Shown here in pieces: positions 1 through 9,775 of a stretch of 64,000 bases of DNA (positions are counted from its first letter, which is position 1; each line of letters begins with the position of its first letter). The notes under the pieces were generated by a model. The model did no database searches and was not told the DNA's origin. It saw only the letters and a list, made by a program, of their open reading frames with translations. The stretch is from IMG/VR virus record IMGVR_UViG_3300038345_000076, positions 32,001-96,000 of that record; one strand, written 5' to 3'. Position numbers and translations under genes: made by a program. The DNA comes from a virus (lineage: Duplodnaviria; Caudoviricetes).

Positions 1-19
1 CTTCTACGAACGTGCGCAG

Positions 20-757
20 GTGCAGTTTATCGTTATCCATCGTGTAAACTACCTTCTGCATTATCTGATGATTGAGATTTATGAACTTCTTGACAAGGAG
101 AAATGTCTGAAATTTTTGGTAAATAAGTATAAAAAAAAGGCAGAAGAAGTATGGGATGGTTACGAAAGTCCACGTTTTAAGAGCATGACGATTGAGGCGT
201 GGTCAACATTCCATGACCACATGAGAATCACCAAAGATATTCTACAGCCGAAACTTGATAAGGTCTATGAGGCAATACGAGACTATATGATAAGGCTTGG
301 TTGGAGAGATATTGAAGTGAAGGCAAGGGTTGAGTTAGTCTTTCTGTTGTGCAAGGTTGACCGGCATAGTTTTCGTGCTTTCTTTAAAGAGTTCGAGGAT
401 GCCAGTGGCGCAGACTTTTCCAAATGCTTTGAAAATTCAGACCTACAGCAGATGGTGAAGTATTTCGCTATGATGGCTGAGAGTTTGGGAATCAAGACTG
501 AGGCAGATAAGTTTGGGCTTCCAGACATCAAAGGTTTCGATTGTGATGCCAATGTCCGTGTGAAATGGGCATGGAGTGACTTCATCAAAGACTTGCAGGA
601 CAATGACCTTATGGACGAAAGTGCATTACGCGCTATTGAACTGAATCCGAAGATGAAGGCAGACTATGAAAGATTACTCGAAGAGGATGATCAGAAGCAG
701 TTGGATGATGGACTTGACAAACTCAGTGAGAAATTCAAAGTAACAAAACAGAAATGA
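20..757 (+). CDS. Hypothetical phage protein (possibly 5'-truncated by the window)
   Basis: 245-aa ORF, tightly coupled to the next ORF. Confidence 0.7.
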   Translation: MQFIVIHRVNYLLHYLMIEIYELLDKEKCLKFLVNKYKKKAEEVWDGYESPRFKSMTIEAWSTFHDHMRITKDILQPKLDKVYEAIRDYMIRLGWRDIEVKARVELVFLLCKVDRHSFRAFFKEFEDASGADFSKCFENSDLQQMVKYFAMMAESLGIKTEADKFGLPDIKGFDCDANVRVKWAWSDFIKDLQDNDLMDESALRAIELNPKMKADYERLLEEDDQKQLDDGLDKLSEKFKVTKQK

Positions 758-758
758 T

Positions 759-1544
759 ATGGAAAAGTATGTGATTTTCAGAGAAGATAAAGACAAGCAC
801 GGTGTCTATCTCTTTGTGAAGAAATTCGTGCCTAAGAAATGGTTCAGGAAAGAGAAGATTGGGTATTGCATCAGTGCTGACCAGGCAGAGACGTTTGAGC
901 CAGATGTGATGGCGAAAGTCTGTGAGCGAATCAAACGTGACTACCCCAATGCTGAGATTATCTGCGAGGACTACAGGACTTTCACTGACAGGATGGTGAA
1001 GCACAGGTTCTGGGTTGTCGGTCGTTGGCGTGAGGACAGCACGGAAGAGTTCTATTGTGACAGTGACAGGCATGGCAAGCCAGAGTACACGACGGACTTG
1101 CAGGCGGTACGTTTCTCTTTGTCGGAGAGTGCTGCCAACGAGACGCTGAGAACTATCCGCAAATGTACGCGAGACAGGGTATATACTCGCATGGTTTTCC
1201 TCAGTCTGGAGAATGAGTTGCTTTCGCCCTGCATGATGATTACGTGTACGAGCAAGGGGAGTCAGGTGACGAAATACTTTGCGAGAGAAGAGGGCAAGCG
1301 GCTACGGCTTGTTACCACTTCAAATGCGGCTGCAAAGTTCAGTTATGACGGGGTTTTGATAATGTTTGAGCATCTGAGGACTGAAAACAAGAATTTCCTC
1401 TACGCTGTTCTTCCAGAGTTCAAGGACAATGTGAATTGTAAAAACATTGAGACTTATATGCGGGAGAAGAAAATTTCGCGGATGATAGTCATGGATGTGC
1501 AACTAAAGCATTTGAACAGACATATTAGTGTACGAAATGAGTGA
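759..1544 (+). CDS. Hypothetical phage protein
   Basis: 261-aa ORF in a coupled operon. Confidence 0.75.
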   Translation: MEKYVIFREDKDKHGVYLFVKKFVPKKWFRKEKIGYCISADQAETFEPDVMAKVCERIKRDYPNAEIICEDYRTFTDRMVKHRFWVVGRWREDSTEEFYCDSDRHGKPEYTTDLQAVRFSLSESAANETLRTIRKCTRDRVYTRMVFLSLENELLSPCMMITCTSKGSQVTKYFAREEGKRLRLVTTSNAAAKFSYDGVLIMFEHLRTENKNFLYAVLPEFKDNVNCKNIETYMREKKISRMIVMDVQLKHLNRHISVRNE

Positions 1545-1872
1545 TATATTTGATTTTACAAGACAGAGTAAAGTCCAGAAAGACGAAATGGAACTCATTG
1601 AAAAACAAAGGCATGAGTTCAAGTATGTAAAAAGCGAAAGGAAAGTTTCCGGTCACACAATGTTCTCGTACAACATAAATACAGGAGAAATCAAGGTTGC
1701 ACCAGTTGAGCATTGCAAAGACATAGACTTCTCGACACTTTTGCCTTTGTCGCGTGACAGGATTGTAATAGAGAAAGATTGCGTCTATAGGCAGGCTCTC
1801 AACAAGAAGAACTTTGTCAAAAGGCTTATTAGGGAGGGTATAATTGCAAAAAAGAATGAGTACAAAATGTAG
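1528..1872 (+). CDS. Hypothetical phage protein
   Basis: 114-aa ORF overlapping both neighbours. Confidence 0.7.
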   Translation: MYEMSDIFDFTRQSKVQKDEMELIEKQRHEFKYVKSERKVSGHTMFSYNINTGEIKVAPVEHCKDIDFSTLLPLSRDRIVIEKDCVYRQALNKKNFVKRLIREGIIAKKNEYKM

Positions 1873-2140
1873 AATATGCAAATGTAATGCGCAGTGTTGC
1901 TACAACATCCCATTCGACAGAGGCGAATTGGATAGGTTCAATGACAAGATAGTGAACAAGGTTCTGTTTCTGTTGCCGATGCACGGTGCGCAGGTGGCTT
2001 TCACGGATGAAGACCCGGGCAAGAACAAATGTCCGTTTCTCAGAGCGGACTATAAATGCAACATATACGAGAACAGACCCGATGTTTGCAGGAAATTTGG
2101 GGTTATACCCGAACTTCCGTGTAAGTGGATAAAGAGATAG
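1844..2140 (+). CDS. YkgJ-like Cys-cluster (Zn/Fe-S) protein
   Basis: CxxCxCxxxCC at the N-terminus; CPFL...CNIYENRPDVCRKF pattern. Confidence 0.75.
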   Translation: MQKRMSTKCRICKCNAQCCYNIPFDRGELDRFNDKIVNKVLFLLPMHGAQVAFTDEDPGKNKCPFLRADYKCNIYENRPDVCRKFGVIPELPCKWIKR

Positions 2141-2197
2141 GGCTGCAATGATTTTGCAGCATACGAAACGAAAAGGAAAGAATGTGAAATAAAACAG

Positions 2198-2383
2198 GTG
2201 ATTATGGAAAACGATCTTAGAACAAAAATGCGAGAGGCTAAGAGTTGTTGCGAGAAAAAGATTCTCTCAGCAATAAATGAATTTTCCGAAACAACTGGCT
2301 TACAAGTAGTAGAAATAGATTTTAAACGGGAACATTTCGGTGGATGTCTAAGCCAGAGTGTTGAAATACAGACAAAAATATGA
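2198..2383 (+). CDS. Small hypothetical protein
   Basis: 61-aa ORF with ATGA overlap into the next gene. Confidence 0.55.
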   Translation: MIMENDLRTKMREAKSCCEKKILSAINEFSETTGLQVVEIDFKREHFGGCLSQSVEIQTKI

Positions 2384-2658
2384 GATGCAAGCAAGCGATA
2401 CAAATAGGGAGTAACGTGACGGACATCATGCGGTTGCCGTGTGTGATTTCTGCACATAAAAACGCCGTTGGCAATGAGAGTTTTATCTATTACAAACTGT
2501 TTGGCGATACTATTACGTCGATGTTTGCTTGGAATGAAACTATCACTGCTTACTCTGGCGATTGGCTGTGTGAAGACTATGACGGGCGGTGGCATCTGTT
2601 GAGTGATAAGGAATATAAAGATGGGGTTGAAGATAGAGAACAATGCGCAGGTGCGTGA
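2380..2658 (+). CDS. Hypothetical protein
   Basis: 92-aa ORF with a GDWL motif. Confidence 0.6.
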   Translation: MRCKQAIQIGSNVTDIMRLPCVISAHKNAVGNESFIYYKLFGDTITSMFAWNETITAYSGDWLCEDYDGRWHLLSDKEYKDGVEDREQCAGA

Positions 2659-3517
2659 GAAGGTCAGGCAGAAGAACGTGAGAGACTACTTCCTGCAATA
2701 CTCGCAGGCGGTAAGACCGTGGCTGAAGGAACTGGCTGAGAAGTATAAGGCAAAAGGGGAGTTTCCGCTGATGCCGATACAGATATTGCCGTCGTACTAC
2801 AACAGCTTACAGGACAAGGAGATTGCTGCTTTCGCCTCGCTGCTGATACCTGAGACGGAGAATGTTCTGAAGAATATCGGTGAGTTCAGGCAGATGCTTA
2901 GCGAAAGTCCCTGGGAGTGGTTTAAGAATCGGGGATTTGTAAGATTGGGTATCGGGAAAGTGCAGGATAAGCGGACGGGAGGGGTGTTTAACTGGAAGAT
3001 TGCAAAACTGATGGATAGGCTATGGGAAGAACACTTTGCTAAGACCACAAAGGCGGCATCAAGCATCGGGCAGACTATCAGACTGATTGCCGATATTGAA
3101 CGATGTTCGTACTTCGATGTGCTGACGTATATTTGTGAGGACTGTGGGGTAGGTGACTACTTCTACAAACTGAGGCTGCTACTGATGATTGCGGCTACCT
3201 CTGACGGCTTCGGACTTGGCTTGTGGAGTGTTGAACCACCTGAGTTGAAAAGTCCGCTCACAAACGATTTGCGGACGTTTCTGAGCACGTTCTTTCCTGA
3301 CTACAGGAGGCTTGGTTCAGTGGATGAAGCCATACACTTGTTTGGGTTTGAGAGAGATTGCGATTTCTTTTATGCCTGGCATGCTTACAAAGAATTGCAG
3401 AAAAGAAATCCGAAGGTGTGTAGTAAGTTTGCTACGACTTATCTGAGGTGGTATGAGATTGGGGCAAGGAAGAAACCTTTTGAGTTCAGGGAGATACTAC
3501 CAAAGATTGAAAATTAG
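2603..3517 (+). CDS. Diverged DUF2400/TIGR02757-like helical protein
   Basis: DKEIAAFASLL, KLRLLLM, DGFGLGLW..PPELKSPL and DFFY motifs recall DUF2400. Confidence 0.5.
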   Translation: MIRNIKMGLKIENNAQVREKVRQKNVRDYFLQYSQAVRPWLKELAEKYKAKGEFPLMPIQILPSYYNSLQDKEIAAFASLLIPETENVLKNIGEFRQMLSESPWEWFKNRGFVRLGIGKVQDKRTGGVFNWKIAKLMDRLWEEHFAKTTKAASSIGQTIRLIADIERCSYFDVLTYICEDCGVGDYFYKLRLLLMIAATSDGFGLGLWSVEPPELKSPLTNDLRTFLSTFFPDYRRLGSVDEAIHLFGFERDCDFFYAWHAYKELQKRNPKVCSKFATTYLRWYEIGARKKPFEFREILPKIEN

Positions 3518-3553
3518 AAAAGACAAAAGGCTAAGATTCGTATTAGTTGGTGC

Positions 3554-3592
3554 AGGGAGTGGCGATCGGGCTGCTCCCTGCGTTTTTTTTAG
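3554..3592 (+). terminator. Intrinsic terminator between convergent units
   Basis: GCAGGGAG...CTCCCTGC stem followed by a T8 tract. Confidence 0.75.
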
Positions 3593-4428
3593 TGGTTGAA
3601 GAAATCCCTTGCATCATCACCAATGTTGTTGATGTCAACACAGACGTAGTGCTTGCTCGTAGTCTGGGAATTTGTGTGTCCTGCGAGTTTGGCAATGATC
3701 TCAACGGGTACACCACGGACTGCAAGGGCTGTGACGTAAGAGCGACGGCTGCTGTGCATGGTAATCCATTGATATTTGGGCTTGGTCTGCATACGCCCGT
3801 TACAGAAGAGTGTTATTTCCTCCGTAAATCCGAGTTTCTTGCAGATGCGCTGGATGGTACGGTTGACTACGCTTCGGTCAACTTCTTTTGTCGGATTCAT
3901 CTTTAGGTACTTTACAAGTCGTGCGTGAAGCGGTTGCTCAACGGCTACTTTCGTTTTCTTGCTGACGTATGAAAGCGTTTCGCCATGTACGTTGTCTGTT
4001 GACATGGTTCGGCAGTCGCTTGAACGTGCGCCGGAGAAAGCACCACGCATGAAAAGAATCTTGACATTCATTTCTGTCTCGCTCTTCGGCTTGTATTCGT
4101 CGAATAGGATAAGTTCTTCTTCCGTCAGGCAGCAGTGCTGAGACGGAATGACCTTTACCTTCAGAGCCTTGGCATAACGCATGGTTGGCAGTTCAACTTC
4201 TTCGCATACGTTGTTAAGGAATGCCTTGATGATGGAGCAATAGACCTGTGCAGAGTTCTGTGCGAGACGTTGGAGCATCAATTCCCGTACTTTGTTGAGG
4301 TTGCTCAGTGTGAGGTCTTTCCACTGGACTTCCTTTACTCCGATGGCTTCACGCATGAATCGGAGAATCTGGATTCTGCCCGGATTGCTCCGTTCAAATT
4401 CCTGTTCAAATGATAAAACTTTGTTCAT
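3589..4428 (-). CDS. Tyrosine recombinase (Xer/integrase family), about 279 aa
   Basis: GARSSD (R), KKTK (K), HSSRR (HxxR), LAGH and KHY catalytic set; likely start is MNKVLSF at 4428. Confidence 0.9.
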   Translation of the reverse strand: MNKVLSFEQEFERSNPGRIQILRFMREAIGVKEVQWKDLTLSNLNKVRELMLQRLAQNSAQVYCSIIKAFLNNVCEEVELPTMRYAKALKVKVIPSQHCCLTEEELILFDEYKPKSETEMNVKILFMRGAFSGARSSDCRTMSTDNVHGETLSYVSKKTKVAVEQPLHARLVKYLKMNPTKEVDRSVVNRTIQRICKKLGFTEEITLFCNGRMQTKPKYQWITMHSSRRSYVTALAVRGVPVEIIAKLAGHTNSQTTSKHYVCVDINNIGDDARDFFNH

Positions 4429-4586
4429 ATTGACTTTTAATTTAACTTGTTCGTAAATAGTGAGCGCACTGCCATGTTGCTGACTGTGCGCCTGTCTAAC
4501 CAAAAAATAATTAATTATGATTACTATATTATAGCAATATACGGGACAAAGGCGGTTATCTGTATCTATAGATAGTCGCCTTTGTG

Positions 4587-5786
4587 TCAAGATACCCTGT
4601 ATGGAAATATGCAGAGGTCAGAAAAACCACTAAAGAATTTTCTAACGTCGTCTGTTGCGGGCTGTTGTTCTGCCTGTATTCTCAAAATTTTCTGACGGCA
4701 GTCAGCATGAATGCTGCCGATGTCGTTGCACTGTCTTATCACCTCCTGAGTGCTGACATAAGCGCATTGAACGCGGGTTATCTCTGCACCAGAGAAGTAA
4801 AGCATATCGCCACAGCCTGTAAGTTTCTCGGCACCTATCTGGTCTATGACCACACGGCTGTCCGTTCCCGTCGTGGTGCGGAATGCAATACGTGTCGGGA
4901 AGTTTGCCTTGATGTTACCCGTAACGATGGTTGCAGACGGTCGCTGGGTGGAGATTACGAGGTGCATCCCAACGGCACGGGCTTTCTGTGCGAGTCGGCA
5001 GATGTAATATTCGATATTCCGTCCGTACTGGCGATCCATTACAAGGTCGCCGTACTCGTCGATGACAATGACGTAATACTCCATCGTCTTTTCGCTTACA
5101 TCGTTGTACTCCTTGATGTTTCTTGCGCCAACCTCGTTGAGCATGGTGTAACGCTTTTCCATGAGGCGACAAAGCGCATCGAGCATGGTCTGAGCATGAG
5201 CCGCCTCAGTTATGATTGGTGGCATACCAAGCATCTGCGTGATGTATGGTCGTGCTATCGAGGTGTATGCTGACAGTTCGACTTTCTTTGGGTCGATTAG
5301 CACTAACTTCAACTCTTCTGGTGTCTTCTTATGCAAGAGCGACATGAGCATAACGTTAAGTCCAACAGACTTTCCTTGCCCTGTAGCACCTGCAACGAGA
5401 AGATGCGGCATTTCGGCAAGGTCGGCCATGAAGATTTCATTAGTCACGGTGCGTCCGATGGCTAACGGAAGAGCCATATCAGATGTAAGATATTCCTGGG
5501 ATTCAAGAATATCTGAGAGTGGCACGATTTCACGCTGTTTGTTCGGAATCTCGATTCCTACGCAACCATCGTACATCGGTGCAATGATGCGGACGGACGG
5601 GACGCGGAGAGCGGCAGCGATTTCGTTCTTGATGCCCGTGATGCGAGAGATACGCATGCCGAGCATTGGACGGAACTTGTAGAGCGTGACGTTTGTACCA
5701 CGCAGTTCCTCGAAGTCGTAGGTCTGTATCTTGTAGGACAGCAGTACGGACTTGAGGAAGTCGGATTGTGATTGTTGTTCGTTCAT
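4587..5786 (-). CDS. ftsK: FtsK/SpoIIIE motor domain protein without a transmembrane anchor
   Basis: MPHLLVAGATGQGKSV, LIDPKKVEL, VIDEYGDL, STQRPS and GAEKLTGCGDML motifs. Confidence 0.93.
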   Translation of the reverse strand: MNEQQSQSDFLKSVLLSYKIQTYDFEELRGTNVTLYKFRPMLGMRISRITGIKNEIAAALRVPSVRIIAPMYDGCVGIEIPNKQREIVPLSDILESQEYLTSDMALPLAIGRTVTNEIFMADLAEMPHLLVAGATGQGKSVGLNVMLMSLLHKKTPEELKLVLIDPKKVELSAYTSIARPYITQMLGMPPIITEAAHAQTMLDALCRLMEKRYTMLNEVGARNIKEYNDVSEKTMEYYVIVIDEYGDLVMDRQYGRNIEYYICRLAQKARAVGMHLVISTQRPSATIVTGNIKANFPTRIAFRTTTGTDSRVVIDQIGAEKLTGCGDMLYFSGAEITRVQCAYVSTQEVIRQCNDIGSIHADCRQKILRIQAEQQPATDDVRKFFSGFSDLCIFPYRVS

Positions 5787-5849
5787 AATTAGTCTTTTTA
5801 TTGATTTATCGTACTTCCATCCTTTGCAAAGAGGATAGAAGTGAAAAGA

Positions 5850-6095
5850 CTACTTGCACCAGTCGATGCAGGCAACACCGTACTTGTCAAGATTACGAAT
5901 CATCAGGTCGGCAACGATGAACGAGCCTTTGTAGCATGGATCATTTTCTTTGCCTTTGAGACGCTGAAGGGCTTTCTGTCCTTGTTCGTTGGAGATACGA
6001 CCTGCAACAGCCATACGGTAGTAGAAACAATCCTCTACCAAATCGTTTGGGTGGATTTGCAGGTCGGGGATGGAAGATGCTTCACTCTTTGTCAT
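5850..6095 (-). CDS. Hypothetical protein
   Basis: 3' part of ORF 5850-6296; start chosen to avoid a long overlap. Confidence 0.5.
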   Translation of the reverse strand: MTKSEASSIPDLQIHPNDLVEDCFYYRMAVAGRISNEQGQKALQRLKGKENDPCYKGSFIVADLMIRNLDKYGVACIDWCK

Positions 6096-6357
6096 CGTCA
6101 TCAGGAATCTCAACGGTATCAATGGCAAAGCCCCATTCTCCCTTTTCAAACGCATAATGCGCTTGTTCGTTTTCATCGTCATTCTTCCCGATGTACTCAG
6201 TTTTGACGTATTCGTTGAGTTCAGACAAAAGCTGCCGTGCTTGCTCCTTAGACATTGGTATAAAATCTGTAGAGCCACCATCTTTGTAATCGGCAATGCT
6301 GCCTACATACTTGCTTGTATTTCCGTTTGGGAAATACTCTACTGAATAAGTCTTCAT
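6082..6357 (-). CDS. Hypothetical acidic protein
   Basis: ORF starting MKTYSVEY, just downstream of a TAACTTTG promoter. Confidence 0.65.
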   Translation of the reverse strand: MKTYSVEYFPNGNTSKYVGSIADYKDGGSTDFIPMSKEQARQLLSELNEYVKTEYIGKNDDENEQAHYAFEKGEWGFAIDTVEIPDDDDKE

Positions 6358-6375
6358 TGTCTTACTAATTTTTTG

Positions 6376-6383
6376 CAAAGTTA
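6376..6383 (-). promoter_or_regulatory. Bacteroidota -7 promoter element (TAACTTTG)
   Basis: Matches TAnnTTTG about 20 bp upstream of the ATG. Confidence 0.6.
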
Positions 6384-6522
6384 AACATTAAATTGAATAA
6401 TATCGTTGTTTCAGTATGTGAAATTTAGTCACAGACTGAATTTTTTCGGAAATATTTACAAAACTCCATTTGTGTTTGTTGTAATGTGTCGTACTTATCA
6501 GGTACAACACATCTGGAGAGAG

Positions 6523-7770
6523 TTAGGCGGCAACCATATCCACGATAGTTGCCGTTTGCTCAACCTCAATACAATCGTGGACTTCACGATGTTCTGGGTC
6601 GATAACATAGTCGCCATCGTTACGTAGCATAGGCATCTGTAGAAGCAGGTCGAAATTGTCAGTGACAATATAGGTGGCACGGTCGTGCGACTGTATGCAA
6701 ATGCCGTTGAACGGTGTCGTGCGGAAACGTTGCAGTGACAATCCAATGCCTTCGGAGATTGGTGATGGCTTCTTCATGCGGAAACTTGCAGAATATTCCC
6801 GGTCGAAATCGTAGTCGTAATAGTCGAAATACATTCTATCGCTGCCAGCATAGACGCTGACGTTGATATTGTGAACACATATATTCTTGCTGATGGATTT
6901 CTGCCACTTGCGCAAAGCCTGAATATCGTCGGGATGAATCTCGTAACGTCGCATGGTCTTCATGTCTGGCAATACGCTTCGCCAGTTGGGATAACGACCA
7001 ATAGAGTTCGTGAACTTCACCTTTGCGTCACCGAGTTTTGCAATCATCGTGCAGAGGCTTGGATCGTCTTCGTTGTCGCTACCGTCGTACTGATAGACAT
7101 CGAACAGGATATCCGTCTTGTTCTTCTTTGCATAGTCTATGAGCCGTTTCCAGTCATTCTTAGGAATCAGCACCATGTAGTTGTGCTCAAAATCACAATC
7201 AGAAGTCCAGTTGCCAGGCTTATTGGTTATTATAGCCAATGAGTGACCTTGCGATGCGACAAAGTTAATACTCTGTGCAGACGTGTTGACCTCCATGAGC
7301 ACGTTGTTAAGAACGGGACGGAGTTCGTCGTCTGCGCAGTGGTCGATGATAGTCTTGGCAGTATTGAGATTGTCGAATCCCACGCTTACCTGACAAATCA
7401 GTTCGCCCTTTGGTTTTTCCTCGTATGTAAAATAGAGTTCATTACGATTCTTAGCCAGAGACTTGAACTGTTCGAGCAAGGCATGAGAGAAAAGAGTATC
7501 ACCACGAAACTCGCAGTGGTAGGTGTCAACGTCAATAGATTCTACGTCGAAGTCTATTCCCTTGACTTGTTCCTGCTTGGAATAGTCGTAATAGCCGTAT
7601 AGGGCGTTACTCCATTCCTTGCACTTCTTCAACTCTGCCAGTGAGATAATTGACTTTTCGGCCATAAACTCACGAAATGCTTCATTCTCTTCGACTGCAC
7701 GGTTGAAATACTTGTCTGCAATCTCTAACATAGCCTGATAGATGGCTTGGTCTTTCTGTAAATCGTTCAT
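6523..7770 (-). CDS. DNA polymerase III beta-clamp (DnaN)-like domain protein
   Basis: DDELRPVLNNVLME, FVASQGHSLA and GRYPNWRSVLP resemble the DnaN central domain. Confidence 0.65.
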   Translation of the reverse strand: MNDLQKDQAIYQAMLEIADKYFNRAVEENEAFREFMAEKSIISLAELKKCKEWSNALYGYYDYSKQEQVKGIDFDVESIDVDTYHCEFRGDTLFSHALLEQFKSLAKNRNELYFTYEEKPKGELICQVSVGFDNLNTAKTIIDHCADDELRPVLNNVLMEVNTSAQSINFVASQGHSLAIITNKPGNWTSDCDFEHNYMVLIPKNDWKRLIDYAKKNKTDILFDVYQYDGSDNEDDPSLCTMIAKLGDAKVKFTNSIGRYPNWRSVLPDMKTMRRYEIHPDDIQALRKWQKSISKNICVHNINVSVYAGSDRMYFDYYDYDFDREYSASFRMKKPSPISEGIGLSLQRFRTTPFNGICIQSHDRATYIVTDNFDLLLQMPMLRNDGDYVIDPEHREVHDCIEVEQTATIVDMVAA

Positions 7771-7848
7771 AATTGAATTGAATTAAATTGGTTAAACATT
7801 AGAAATCGTAACTTGTATAGGTTGTAGGTCTATACAAGTTTGTGCAAG

Positions 7849-8241
7849 TCAGAAAGAATCATGCCAAACAAGTCTATTGCTATCGTCAATGAGAATGTCA
7901 ACACAGCCTTCATCGTTGTCGAAGAAACTGGTTGCACATTCTTTTGAGCAGAAGCAATCAGTACCGTCAAAGACGTAGCCTTCAGTAATCTGCTTGCCAC
8001 AGACGGAACATTTGCGAATGACTTTATCATCGGGGATAATGTCATAGTTGAGGCTCCACATTTCAGCCACAAAGTCAACGGCTTTCTCAATCTCTATCCG
8101 TTTGAGGAAACTGATAGTATCAGCGTCTTCGACTTCGTTCAAAGTCTCAATGTAGTCATTGACTAACTGTTGTCCGTCGATGATTTCACCTTTTGGATAG
8201 CCATAAACCCCTTCGGGGTCGAATGTAATGTTGATTTTCAT
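7849..8241 (-). CDS. Zn-finger protein
   Basis: CSVCG...EGY...FCSKEC. Confidence 0.7.
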   Translation of the reverse strand: MKINITFDPEGVYGYPKGEIIDGQQLVNDYIETLNEVEDADTISFLKRIEIEKAVDFVAEMWSLNYDIIPDDKVIRKCSVCGKQITEGYVFDGTDCFCSKECATSFFDNDEGCVDILIDDSNRLVWHDSF

Positions 8242-8253
8242 AGTGTCAATGAT

Positions 8254-8403
8254 TTAGTTTTCAACATCCATCAAATAACCTTGAGAGTGACAACAAGGAC
8301 AAACGTCCTCGTCGTAGTTCACGATAATGTTCTGACCACACCAGTTGCAACGGACTAAATCACCGTCACAGATGCTTTCGTTGTGATAATCTTTTGCGTT
8401 CAT
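8254..8403 (-). CDS. Small Zn-ribbon protein (49 aa, not in the ORF track)
   Basis: MNAKDYHNESICDGDLVRCNWCGQNIIVNYDEDVCPCCHSQGYLMDVEN. Confidence 0.6.
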   Translation of the reverse strand: MNAKDYHNESICDGDLVRCNWCGQNIIVNYDEDVCPCCHSQGYLMDVEN

Positions 8404-8469
8404 AATGTTTGAATTTTATTGGTTAGTTAGTACCCACAATGTTTGTTATTACATTATGAGTTAGAGAGA

Positions 8470-8685
8470 TTAGTCAGTGAAAGTGAGATTGTCAGACCAT
8501 TCCCAATCAAGTCCTTTTTTGTCAAACTCATCAACGCTGCTTTCTGGCTCTTCATCGGATGCCCACATGAGCGTTTCCTGTCCGCAGTTAGGACATACAT
8601 CTTCACCATAGGCAATGAGCATTTCGTTTTCACAACTGTGACAATACACATGATCGCCTTGTTCTACATAACATTTTACAGCCAT
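8470..8685 (-). CDS. Small Zn-ribbon protein
   Basis: CHSC...EDVCPNCG. Confidence 0.65.
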   Translation of the reverse strand: MAVKCYVEQGDHVYCHSCENEMLIAYGEDVCPNCGQETLMWASDEEPESSVDEFDKKGLDWEWSDNLTFTD

Positions 8686-8750
8686 AAATCTTATTTTTAA
8701 TTTGTTAGTAGTCCTGCGGCAGTTGTCGGACTGCTTGCAGGTAGAAGAGT

Positions 8751-9227
8751 TTACTTGTTCTCGATGATTGCAGCAATGATATAGCGCAGTTCGTCAAGCG
8801 AGAGACGTTCAACATAATCGTGGTCTGGGTCTGAATCTTCTTGATAGCATACTCCGTCATTGTAGAAGCAGTAATACTTCAGATTCTCGTTGCCATCGGC
8901 ATCCTTCACGATGTAGAATGCCCAATAGGTAGCATAGTGGAAAGACTTCTCCAGTTTGTCGAAAATCTCGAATCCTTCGTCATGCCTGCCAATGTCGCTC
9001 AAAGTTTCGTCGTTGACCTTGAATTGGCGTGCAAAGGCGCAGCCTATTTCAGATGTGTCGAGGACATGAGTAATCTCCACACCATCTTCGTCTTCTTCAT
9101 ACATACCAAACTCATTGTAGAAATAATCACTCATTTCTTCACCATGTTCACGTACATACTCTGTGAGGGCTTTGATAAGTTGCTCCTGGCAGTTGCGGGC
9201 AACCATAATTAAATCTTTAATATCCAT
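8751..9227 (-). CDS. Acidic hypothetical protein
   Basis: 158-aa ORF in the leftward array. Confidence 0.7.
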   Translation of the reverse strand: MDIKDLIMVARNCQEQLIKALTEYVREHGEEMSDYFYNEFGMYEEDEDGVEITHVLDTSEIGCAFARQFKVNDETLSDIGRHDEGFEIFDKLEKSFHYATYWAFYIVKDADGNENLKYYCFYNDGVCYQEDSDPDHDYVERLSLDELRYIIAAIIENK

Positions 9228-9291
9228 AACTTAATTGATTTTGATTAGACATTGGTAGCAGTGCCGATTATCGTATCAGCACCGCTTAAAG

Positions 9292-9705
9292 TTACTCAAT
9301 GGTACGCTCGATGATGTGACAATCTGGGTAAAGTTTCTCACCAGAACGCTCGTCACGCTCTGCCAGAGCCTTCTCTGCTTTCTCATAGGAGCCGAAGACT
9401 CGCGCATAGACTTTCTTAACTGGTAAGTCCTGCACAATCAAATAAACTTTCTGTTCCTTTGGCTCCTGAATCACGATGCACCACCAGCCTCCATCAAGTT
9501 CTTCGTCGTTGTAGTCTGTCTCAAAGTCTGCAAGTGTCGGTTCTCTCGACTGCCAACTATATTGGTCGGCATTGTAGAACTTCACTTCGTCGTCTGGAAG
9601 TCTCTGTAACATATCCAGAACTTTTTGCGGTTGGTCACAGAGATTGTCAAACTCATGTCGGTCATAGTTGAGCGAGTTGCCAACTTTGTAAAATGCGATA
9701 GTCAT
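9292..9705 (-). CDS. Hypothetical protein
   Basis: 137-aa ORF in the array. Confidence 0.7.
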   Translation of the reverse strand: MTIAFYKVGNSLNYDRHEFDNLCDQPQKVLDMLQRLPDDEVKFYNADQYSWQSREPTLADFETDYNDEELDGGWWCIVIQEPKEQKVYLIVQDLPVKKVYARVFGSYEKAEKALAERDERSGEKLYPDCHIIERTIE

Positions 9706-9775
9706 AATTGAAAATGTTTATTGGTTTGAAAATAGTGACCATCTTCGTGACTGAACGAAAATGGTCTGAGAGAGT

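Noticed and set aside
4584-5682. Long plus-strand ORFs (4584-5273, 5212-5682) and similar shadow ORFs opposite terL, portal, tape measure and tail genes
   Set aside because: They are antisense shadows of well-supported genes and carry no motifs.
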